Origin: Mytilus trossulus
Taxonomy: Eukaryota
Length of the DNA: 64,000 nucleotides
NCBI RefSeq assembly: GCF_036588685.1
Contig: NC_086373.1
Span: 6,820,001-6,884,000, forward strand
Reading direction: 5' to 3'
Positions 38,901 to 49,665 of the stretch are shown piece by piece; positions within the stretch are counted from its first letter, which is position 1, and each line of letters starts with the position of its first letter. A model generated the notes under the pieces. That model made no database searches. It was not told the DNA's origin and worked only from the letters and a program-made list of their open reading frames with translations. A program made the position numbers and the translations under genes.

Positions 38901-41760
38901 AGTGATCAACAGATTAAAGACCATCAAAGGTGTTAATTAGGCCATACACATGTCACCTAAAGAAAACAGTAATATAAACAAGTGCTATAAATGTATCTTG
39001 AATTGTCAAACCATTCTTATCAAAATCAAGCCCAGCATGAAATTATTATTTTCCATATGCACGAGAACAATGAGGATATAAAATGAACACTTTATCATAA
39101 TAGCATATCAATACCAGAAATCTGACTTTCATCGATCCAAAATATATTTTATGAGAATTAAAAGATCAAAAGTTGTACAGTTCATGTTATTAAAGATAAA
39201 ATGAGTATAATCCTGTATGCGGTTGTAGTTCCTTAACTGTTATTAAAGTATTCTCAGATTTGGCGTTATTAATATATTCTCTAGATCATATCAGAAGTTA
39301 AACCTACCGATGGGGATCTTTCCATGTCTTGATTTGGACAATGGTTGTTTTATTTCGTTGGACACTTAAGTTCGTGGATAAGGTCATCCACGAAAACCAC
39401 GAAAATTGGTACCCAACGAATAAAAGTACTTTCACAGTACTACATGTCATGCATGTGTGTCAGCTTTAAATAACAATTATTAAATTAACCTCATTACTTG
39501 TTTATTATTATGATCTATTATCAAATAGCGCTAACAACAGTGTATGAAACCTCTACTCGCCAACTTGCCAAATGTGAATACGAGAAATACATATATGTAG
39601 CAAGGGACTTTCTGTCTTTAAATTGGATTTCCTCTAATTTCAGGTATTTTTAAAACCCATATTTTTAGTACTAAATTAAATTGCATATGATTTAAAAAGG
39701 GTATCGGGATTGTTCGCCCTGATGATATGTCATTTCCATGTTGGCCCTAGGTTCGTTCGCACTGAGTTTGTTCGCCCTGGGTTTGTTCGCCCTATATTCA
39801 TTTATGATATGTGCATGTATATGTTACATTAATAAACGAAATATATATATATATATATATTGAAATTTATGTACATGTGTATCTATTAAATGTTAAATAC
39901 AGAATATTTGCCAAATTTATATCAAGGATTTGTATAGTGACTATACAAATCCTTGTTTATATTAATTAAGGAGGCTCGCGGGTATAAGATTTTCAGAAAA
40001 AAAATAAACATTAATTTTTCAATACAAATTTTATTCATAACCTTTAGTAGTTGTTACTTTATCATTGGGTACAAAAATCGTTCCAAAAAATTAATTTGTG
40101 TTGACCCCAGGTGACTTTTAAAATGTAGATATCATTAAAAAAAGCTCCAAATTATCTCCCTTTGGTGCAAAAATGCCATTTTTTGGCATTAAAATTAAAA
40201 TATCTTTTCTAACTTATCGGTGACCTATATTTTTTATTGTTGTTTTCAAATAAGCTGTACATAAACTAAATAATTGTAAAATTTGAGCGATTTCTGTAAT
40301 TTAGTTCTTTTTTTATTTCGATATTACCGTTTGTTCTCCTATTAGTTCAACAGAAAAAAAGGACATAAACAAAAATGTATGCTTCTTTCAAAGGCAGATT
40401 GTGAGCGTAAATGAACGGTGACCCCACTTTTTTATTTCATTTTTCTATTAAGAATAAGATAAAGTTCATTTATAGAAAAATATAGAGAAATCCTATATTA
40501 AATAAAAAAAATCATTTAGACCCGCGAGCCCCCTTAAATAAAATTCTTGGCTGCATTGTTACACTTTATTTTATAATTACTTTTTAATTACTGTTGATTG
40601 AATTTTGATTGCTGATTATAAGGTATCATTTAAAATCTTTGATATCACTGATTGTTATATGAATAGACCACTTTCGAGTTCATCCGTAACCGGAAAAAAC
40701 TCGTCAATTATACGCGCCTTTATCATCGTCATTTGTGCGTTTAGGGGCGTCGTCACTTCCTTCCAATGTTGAGCGAGTGGTTGGAAAACTATAATTCTAT
40801 ATTGTACGAATTATTCGGCAAATTGAATTTTCAAAATTGACAATCAACACTGCTGTCATTAGGGAAATGTCAGTAAGTACCTACAGAGCAACCATTATTT
40901 CTAGTTTATGCTGCACAAAGACGATCACTAAGACGCTTGATAAACATAAATAGTGCAGGGATACAGACGAGCCCCTCTATCTGGTAAATGACGTCATAAA
41001 GGCGTGTATAATTGACGAATTTTTGCCGGTGACGGATGAACTCGAAAGTGGTCTATTGCCTTTGATGGATTAATAATGAAAATAACATTTTTCTCAAATA
41101 AAATAGTCAGCTTGGATGGGTAAAAACACTGATGACAAGTGATCAATGTACAGCAGTGTGACTGTGTTTTTGGTATTTGTTTTACTAATAGTAATTCAAT
41201 TTAATAGTGAATGTACAGAAACTTATAACCTAGTCCTAGTAGCAGTTAGCTATAAACAACATGATACATCGTAAATATTCGGCCAAATTGTAGACTGACT
41301 TCAACACATTCAATTATATACACACAACGCAACACTATACTAAAATATAAAATCAGGGCGAACAGGTATTAGGGAGAACCAGAATCAGGGCGGACGGACC
41401 CGGATTCTTTAAAATGCAACTCACAAGCACTGGAGCCAAAGCTCTAAAGGTAGCATCCATAGGCATTCTAAACGCACGTTTAATTGGATTGACAGGAAGA
41501 TTCATGGTTTCCAACGCAACGACTGAATTTGGGGGTTCATGTGGTGCTAAACGTTGATCTAACAACCATTGTTTTCTCAGTGCCCGGTCCTCTGCAGTCA
41601 TCCCTTTGCCTGTCAATCGTTCACGTTCATAAGCCATAGGCTCGATATTCATTGCAGGATATCGACTCTTGGCATGTCGAAAATGATTTTCCATTCTTTT
41701 TTCCAGCTCCCATGGTTTTTCGTCACGTCCAGGAACGTTTTCTAAGTTTTTATTCTCCAT
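32947..41760 (-). CDS. NDUFB6: NADH dehydrogenase [ubiquinone] 1 beta subcomplex subunit 6 (B17), ~201 aa, 4 exons
   Basis: Exons 41760-41425, 35303-35202, 34170-34114, 33057-32947; all phase-0 GT-AG introns. Motifs ERERL..GMTAEDRALRKQWLLDQRLAPHEP...NPIKRAFRMPMD...YYAKY..NWESLRGWHVYSSK...DFANQGFKER match invertebrate B17/NDUFB6. Confidence 0.88.
34280..35070. repeat. Degenerate ~50-55 bp minisatellite in NDUFB6 intron 2, interrupted by a SINE
   Basis: Recurring ctgattacttcctagtattttatactgtcctatg...ggactttttgtgtataca units. Confidence 0.7.
34380..34625 (-). mobile_element. tRNA-derived SINE (V-domain-like)
   Basis: Minus strand shows a tRNA-like head (GGTTGTGAGTTTGAATCC B-box), a TTTTTCTCCTGGCACTCTGGCTATCTCCACCAATAAAAACTGACC core and an (AATC)-like tail. 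Confidence 0.7.
36865..37625. mobile_element. MITE family A (761 bp copy)
   Basis: TA-CTGTGAAAGCACTTT ... AAAGTACTTTCACAG-TA; reverse complement of 6363-7061. Confidence 0.9.
38677..39437. mobile_element. MITE family A (copy made by the tandem duplication)
   Basis: Same as 36865-37625, offset by 1812 bp. Confidence 0.9.
39923..39955. mobile_element. 33 bp hairpin micro-element with 7 bp TSD
   Basis: TTTATAT-CAAGGATTTGTATAG-TGA-CTATACAAATCCTTG-TTTATAT; duplicate at 38109-38141. Confidence 0.8.
39970..40533. mobile_element. Kolobok-type MITE (TTAA TSD, GG ends)
   Basis: TTAA-GGAGGCTCGCGGGT ... ACCCGCGAGCCCCC-TTAA. A truncated 5' half lies at 38156-38449. Confidence 0.82.
40662..41057. mobile_element. 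MITE with ~70 bp TIRs, AATAGACC...GGTCTATT ends
   Basis: AATAGACCACTTTCGAGTTCATCCGT..CCGG..TCGTCAATTATAC.CGCCTTTAT and its reverse complement at ~40986-41057; no TSD longer than AT. Confidence 0.88.
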
Positions 41761-42195
41761 GTTTAGAGATGCAGTGATGTTGTTACCACTGCCCTTCAAG
41801 CGAATGCTCAAACGGAAACCGTGAAGATTTCATGCAATGTCAAGGTCACAATAAAGAGATGCTAAAATAAACGTAACAGTTCCCGAACCCTGGCCACAAT
41901 TAAAAAAACCAACCAAAAACACTCCGACATACAACAAAAATAACAAAGACAGAATTTTAAAAATAATAAATATTTCGGAGTACACATAATTGATTATGAA
42001 TGGATATAAGGATTTGCATATTAAGACTAAGTCTAGTATATGATTTGAGAATGAATGCAAGTAAAGTAACTTTATTCTTTTAGCGGACATTTACAATATA
42101 TATTGTTGTAGGCTCTGATTCTGACCAATGCTAATTTCCTTCATATACATATAAATGAACACTGTGATGTTTATTTTTGTAATAATCAATTATGG

Positions 42196-42269
42196 CAAGG
42201 ACTTATATTATATACGTCCCTGATTATGGCAATGATTTGTATTGTAAGATTTAACTATACAAATCCTTG
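42196..42269. mobile_element. Two adjacent hairpin micro-elements (27 bp and 40 bp)
   Basis: ATTATGG-[CAAGGACTTATATTATATACGTCCCTG, 42196-42222]-ATTATGG-[CAATGATTTGTATTGT-AAGATTTA-ACTATACAAATCCTTG, 42230-42269]. Confidence 0.72.
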
Positions 42270-42464
42270 ATGGTAATTATTTTTTTAAATGCATGCCATT
42301 TTTGGGCCCAGTAATTTCGGAAATTAAAAATATTCCATTCTATTGTGTAACATTGACCAGACCAATGACAACAATCTGAGGTATGGTCAAATTTAGTTTT
42401 TTTCCCTAAAAATATTCTAATCCCCATTTTGATGAAAAAAGATAGTATGACCAAGGAGATTATA

Positions 42465-45400
42465 TCTCATATAGATGAACAGACAGACACCAGAGACAGA
42501 TAAACAGATATACAAAAGAGACAGATGAACACATAAACAAGAGACAAATGAACAGATAGACAACATTGACAGATGAATAGACTGGCAACAAAGATAGAGG
42601 AACAGACAGACAAAAGAAACAGAGGAGCAGTCGGACAACAGAGACAGATTAGCAGACAGATAACAGAGACAGATGAACAGACACTATATCTATAGATAGA
42701 TGAACAAATAGACAACAGAGACAGATAAACAGATATACAACATTGTCAGATGAATAGACGGACAACAGAGACAGATGAAGCTAGAGAGATAGTTAACAAC
42801 CAGATGAACACAGGGACAACATATATATGAACAATAGACAACTGATAAACATGAACAGACAACCACCAGAGACACATGAACAGAAATCAAACAGGGACAG
42901 ATGAGCAGACAGACACCAGAGACTCAGTAACGAACACATAGACAACAGTTACAGATGAACAGACAGACAACAGAGATAGACGAACAGACAGACAACAGAG
43001 ACAAATGAACAGATAGACAACAGAGAAAGATAAATGAAAAGAAAACATAGATAGATGAACAGAAAGACAACATAGACAGATGATCAGATAGACAATTGAG
43101 ACAGATGAATGGATAGACAACAGAGATAGATGAACAGACACACAAATAGACAACAGAAACAGATAAACAGATAGACAACCGAAATAGATGAACAGAAAGA
43201 CAATAGTGAGTTGAACATAAAGAAAACGTTGACAGATAAATGGACAGACAACATTTACAGATGAACAGATAGACAACAGAGACAGATTAACAAAGACAAC
43301 ATTGACAGATGAACAGACAGGCAACAGAGATAGACGAACATACATACAATAGATAGACAACAGAGGCAGATTAATTGAAAGACAAAATAGATAGATGAAC
43401 AGACAGACAGAATACACAGACAATCAGATAGACAACAGAGACAGATGAACAGAAAGACAATAGTGAGATGAACATATAGACAACATTGACAGATGAATGG
43501 ACAGACAACATTTAAAGATAAACAGATAGACAACAGAGACAGATAAGCAGATATACAACATAGATTGATGAACGGAAAGACAACAGAGATAGATGAACAG
43601 ACAGACAACATTGACAGATAAACAGATAGACACCAAATACAACTGAACAGATATATAACATTGGCAGATGAATGGACAGACAACCGAGATAGATAAACAG
43701 ACACACAATAGAGAGATGAGCAGATAGACAACAGAAACAGATAAACAAATAGACAACCGAGATAGATAAACAGACACACAATAGAGAGATGAACAGATAG
43801 ACAACATTGACAGATGAAGGGACATACAACAGAGACAGATGAACAGATAGCCAACAGGGACAGATGAACAGATAGACAACATAGATAGATGAACAGACAG
43901 ACAATAGAGAGATAGAGGAACAGATAGACAACATCGACATATGAACATATATACAACAGATAAACAGATAGACAACCGAGATAGATGAACAAACAGACAA
44001 TAGACAGATGAACAAATAGACAACATCGGCAGATGAACAGATAGAAAACAGAACAAAGACAGATGAACATATATACAACAGAAAAAGATAAACAATCGAG
44101 ATAGGTGAACAGACAGACAACATCGACGAATGAATGGACATACAGCAGAGACAGATGAACAGACAACCAACAGAGACAGATGAACAGATAGACAACATTG
44201 GCAATTGAATGGACAGACAACAGAGAGAGAGAGATGAACAGATAGACAAAAGAGACACATGAACAGAAAGACAACCGAGAGAGATGAACAGATAGACAAC
44301 ATTGACAACATTGAAATATGAACATATAGACAACAGAGACAGCTGAACAGACATACAACAGAGACAGACGAACAGATAGACAGCAGAGACAGATGAACAG
44401 ATAGACAGTAGACAGATGAACAGACAGACAACAGAGACAGATGAACAGATACACAGCAGAGAAAGATAAACAGATAGACAGTAGACAGAGGAACAGATAG
44501 ACAACAGACAGCTGAAAAGACAGACAAAAGAAACAGATGAACAGAAAGACAACATTAACAGAATAATGGACATACAACAGACAGATGAACAGAAAAACAA
44601 AAGAGACAGATAAGCAGAAAGACAATAGAGATAGATTAACAGATAAAAAACAGAACATTTGAACAGATAAACAACCGAGATAGATGAACAGAAGACAATA
44701 AGTAATGAGCAAATAGACAACATCGACAGATGAATGGACAGAAAACAGAGATATATAGGCAGACAGAGAACAAAGACAGACAAACAGATAGACAACAAAA
44801 GCAGATAACCCGATAGACAATAGAGATAGATGAACAGACAGACAACAGAGAGATGAACATATAGACAACATTGACAGATGAAGGGACATACAACAGAGAC
44901 AGATGAATGGACAGACAACAGAGACAGATGAACAGAAGACAAAAAAGAAAGATGAACAGACAGCAACATTTACAGATGAACAGACAACTGAGACATATGA
45001 ACAGATAGACAACAGAGACAGATGAACAGTAAGACAATAGAAACAGATGAACAGATAGACACCAGAGACCTATGAACAGATAGACAACAGAGACAGATAA
45101 ATGGATAGACAACATAGATAGATGAACAGACAGAAAATAGAGACAGATATACAGATAAACAGAAAGACAACAGAAACAGATGAACAGACAGATGAACAGA
45201 TAGACACCAGACAGATGAACAGACAGACAAAAGAGACAGATGAACTGACATACAACAGAGACAGATGAACAGATAGACAACAGAGACAGATAATCAGATA
45301 GACAGCAGACAGATGAACAGACAGATAACATAGACAGATGAACAGATAGACAGCAGACAGATGAACAGACAGACAACAGAGACAGATGAACAGATAGACA

Positions 45401-47255
45401 GCAGATACAGATGAACAGATAAACAGTAGACAGAGGAACAGATAGACAACAGACAGATGAACAGACAGTCAAAAGAGACAGATGAATAGATAGACAACAT
45501 TAACAGAATAATGAAATATACGACAGACAGATAAACAGACAAACACCAGAAACAGATGATCAGACAGATGAACAGAAAGACAATAGAGATAGATTAACAG
45601 ATACACAACAGAGACAGATGAACAGAAGACAAAGATACAGATGAATAGACAAACACCAGAGACAGATGAACATACAACCAACAGAGACAGATGCACAGAA
45701 GACAAATGAACCGAAGACAAAAGAGACAGATAAACAGAATAACAATAGAGACAGATGAACAGAAAAACAACAGAGACGATGAACAGAAGACAAAAGAGAC
45801 AGATGAACAGAAGACAATAAAGATAGATGAACAGAAAGACAAAAGAGACAGATGAACAGAAAAACAACAGAGACAGATGAACAGAAAACAAAAGAGACAG
45901 ATGAACAAAAGACAAACACCAGAGACAGATGAACAGAAAAACAATAGAGACATATGAACAGAAGACAAAAGAGACAGATGAACCGAAGACAACAGAGACA
46001 GATGAACAGAAGACAAAAGAGACAGATGAACAGAAGACAAAAGAGACAGATAAACAGAAAGACAAAAGAGACAGATGAACAGAAAAACAAAAGCGACAGA
46101 TGAACAGAAAGACAAAAGAAACAGATGAACAGATAGACAACAGAGACAGAAGAACAGAAAGACAACAGAGACAGATGAACAGATAAACAAGAGAGACAGA
46201 TGAACAGAAAAACAAAAGCGACAGATGAACAGAAAGACAAAAGAGAGAGATGAACAGAAAGACAAAAGGGACAGATGAACAGAAAGACAACAGAGACAGA
46301 TGAACAGATAGACACCAGAGACATATGAACAGAAAGACAACAGAGACAGACGAACAGACAGACAATAGAGACAGATGAACAGAAAGACAAAAGAGACAGA
46401 TGAACAGATAGACAAAAGAGACAGATGAACAGAAAGACAACAGAGACAGATGAACAGATAGACACCAGAGACATATGAACAGAAAGACAACAGAGACAGA
46501 CGAACAGACAGACAATAGAGACAGATGAACAGAAAGACAAAAGAGACAGCTGAACAGATAGACAAAAGAGACAGATGAACAGAAAGACAACAGAGACAGA
46601 TGAACAGATAGACAACAGAGACAGATGAACAGAAAGACAACAGAGACAGACGAACAGATAGACACCAGAGACATATGAACAGATAGATAACAGAGACAGA
46701 TAAATGGACAGACAACATAAATAGATGAACAGACAGACAATAGAGACAGATAAACAGTTAAACAAGAGAGACAGATAAACACATAAACAAGAGAGACAGG
46801 TGAACACATAAACAAGAGAGACAGGTGAACAGACAGACAATAGAGACAGATAAACAGATAAACAAGAGAGACAGGTGAACACATAAACAAGAGAGATAGA
46901 TGAACACATAAACAAGAGAGACAGATGAACACATAAACAAGAGACAGATGAACACATAAACAAGAGAGACAGGTGAACACATAAACAAGAGAGACAGGTG
47001 AACAGACAGACAATAGAGACAGATAAACAGATAAACAAGAGAGACAGATGAACAGAAAGACAATAGAGACAGATGAACAGAAAAACAACAAAGACAGATG
47101 AACAGATAAAATACAGAGACATATAAATTAACAGACAACAGGACAGGTGAACAGACAGACAACTTAGAGAGATAGATAGACAACTAAGACAGATGAACAG
47201 ATAGACGATAGTGACAGATGAATGAACATACAATAGGGACAGAAGAACAGACATA
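42465..47255. repeat. 4.8 kb degenerate GACA/GATA-rich minisatellite (unit ~21-25 bp, e.g. AGAGACAGATGAACAGAAAGACAAC)
   Basis: Continuous array with extreme strand asymmetry (A/G-rich on +); gives long low-complexity ORFs in all three minus frames. Confidence 0.97.
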
Positions 47256-49331
47256 TATCATGGATCTATCACAAATAGATTATATCAAACTTATTTATAA
47301 AGCAGAAAACTTAACTTTGAAAACTGCTAAACAATTCAAAATCACTGAAAATGTCCTAGGGAACAGAGCCTCAAAATAGTCCTTGCACGGAATGCAACTT
47401 TATATTAAATACCAATGATCTATCACATGTAGTTCCTTTCAAATAAACTTAAGCAGAGTACTTTTAAAACAATTATTGAAGCAAGAGCTGTTGCTGTCAC
47501 CAGAAAAGCTATTCTTTTGTTTGTCCCACTTTCCGTGACTTTCATATCAGGCGAGACAAAATTTGATCAAAGTCTTAAATGGTTTGGTTGCATTAATTTT
47601 ATGAATAAATTTTGCTGAAAAATTACCAAGTTCCAAAGTCTGTAAAAAATGAGAAAAAAAATCCTCAAACAATCCAATAATAGCAGGTGCAAAACTTCAA
47701 CATATGTGCAATTTTTTGGTGAAGTGCCAGGGATCTGGATTGAAAAATTAAGGAAAACTACACAAATTAAGTTCAAACTTTTCCATGCCTGACCACCCTC
47801 CATACATCACCATACTACCATTATAAGCTGATTTTGGAGTTTGTTCAACCCAGTCAAATGTTTTCTTATAACCATGCTCAACAATTACCCTTTCTAGATT
47901 TATGGAACATTCTCAAATCCACCTTCTAAAATTTCATTGAGATGTACCTGATAGGCTTGTACAGAAGATACACATGTGATGGGATTTTAACATTGTTTTG
48001 ATTTATTTTCTTGGATTATTGTTTGTGTAATGTATTTTGACCTCTAGATACATATGTTAATAATAAGTTTTTCATTGGTTTAATGTCACTGAAAAAACAC
48101 ACATTTCTATTTACTGATCAGATACATTTTAATAGCATGGTCGCATTTACAATCTATTACGAAGTAAAAATTATCATAACAAACAAAATTGTAACCAAAC
48201 AATCATCTACAAGAGAAGGAAATAGTATGCAAACAATCATAAGATCTGCAATTAAACAATTTACATTATCAATATGATAATGACTGGAAATCTAATACTC
48301 TTCTCTCTTATAAAAGTGTGGAAGACACATGTTTCCTTGTGATCAAACATATTAAAAAAAATCTGTTTCTGAATGTCTATCTAGCAGAGTGTTCTCATAT
48401 CACATTAACACTTTACCTTACTGAATATGCATGTAATATTTGCCACTGGACTTACATCATTATAAATTGATTGTAAAAAGAAGGATTATATCCCTAACAT
48501 GATGTAAAGATAAGATCAGATCATGTTTACTTCTGACACAAACGTATTCTGTCAAAACATTTATATGGTTACTTATATACAAAACACTTATTCATACCTC
48601 CAAATGTAAGTTAAACATTAAAACAAACAACTCACCCTACCATATTCAGAATGTCAAATTTAATAATATAATAAGTCACTATTACATTTCTGTCTATTTG
48701 CTAAGAGCATTGTCACAGATTAATAGACTTTTTTTTAAAAAGTATTGAACAGATAAAGTAAATATAGATGATAATTTTGCATGGATATACTATTGTACAG
48801 TACAATGTAGCAACCATTTCAATCAGTTAACTGCAGATAAAAATATCCCAAGAGTAAGCAGTTTATTCATTACTAGTATCTAGATCTGAACAAACATACA
48901 TGTCTGGGACTATCACTCATGCATTTACTATATGTTGATCACTTTCCCCATATATGCTGTATGACAATGTATGATAAAAAAAATAAAATAGTGTATATAT
49001 TTTCTCATATGAATAATTAACTGAAGTCCCCCATGCCAAACAGGGGAGATTGACAAGATAATTTGGCAAAATATAAGCAGTTATTTATCCTGCACTTAAC
49101 GTATGCTCTGCGAGTTCCAATCTTTTAGCATATCATTGTTATCTGAACCTCAGTCAATATTCTCTTTATCCTTAGCTCCCTTTTTCCAATACATGTACAA
49201 AAATTCACAAAATGCACTTTTTCATGATGATACAGTAACATTACCAATGTAATAACTTCATTTTGTAAACGAAGCCAGTAAAAGCTGCCTGTGTGTATGT
49301 ATCTTCAAAACTCAGCATCTCTAAGTTGGTT

Positions 49332-49385
49332 CGTCCTGAACATGCATGAAATATTTGACACTGGACATAAAGCAACAATCAATCA
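49332..49385 (+). mobile_element. 5'-truncated retroposon tail with 15 bp TSD
   Basis: ATCTCTAAGTTGGTT at 49317-49331 and 49386-49400 flanks cgtcctgaacatgcatgaaatatttgacactggacataaagcaa(caat)n; a related fragment lies at ~48420-48450. Confidence 0.8.
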
Positions 49386-49665
49386 ATCTCTAAGTTGGTT
49401 ACTTTCATTTTCTATGTGTTGTAATATCTCCATATCACAGAAATATCTGCCTATACATTTCTTGCTATTTTCAGACTTGCCTGCAGAGACTTTTTTTCTC
49501 CTATTTACTATTAATACTAGCCTGTACCATTCAGGGTGTAAGATTATCCCCTTGTTTGGAATATTAAGTATAGAAATGCTTGTACAGATATACTTTAACA
49601 ATAACATAGAAAGCATTCACGTACAATCCTGATCACAAATCTCATTGGTCAAATAAAATATTGAT

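Larger units (their letters stand above)
36634..40263. repeat. Near-identical 1,812 bp direct tandem duplication in NDUFB6 intron 1
   Basis: CATATGCCTTCAAGTCTACACG starts at 36634 and 38446; both copies end ...AAATAAGCTGTACATA. About 4 differences seen by eye; CATA microhomology at the junction. Confidence 0.95.
39700..41407. mobile_element. Mutator-like host element with TTCGCCCT subterminal repeats, carrying three nested insertions
   Basis: Left end GGTATCGGGATTGTTCGCCCTGA; right end TCAGGGCGGACGGACCCGGATTC; flanks TTTAAAAAG / TTTAAAATG (8 of 9 match, 9 bp TSD). The left part is duplicated at 37888. Confidence 0.65.

Noticed and set aside
41761-41811. Upstream extension of the NDUFB6 ORF (MSIRLKG...) in the ORF track
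   Set aside because: It starts at a non-ATG codon (TTG); the first ATG is at 41760.
42417-47254. Long minus-strand ORFs (up to 585 aa) rich in L, S, V, C, F
   Set aside because: They overlap in all three frames and are translations of the GACA/GATA satellite, whose minus strand is A-poor and so lacks stop codons.
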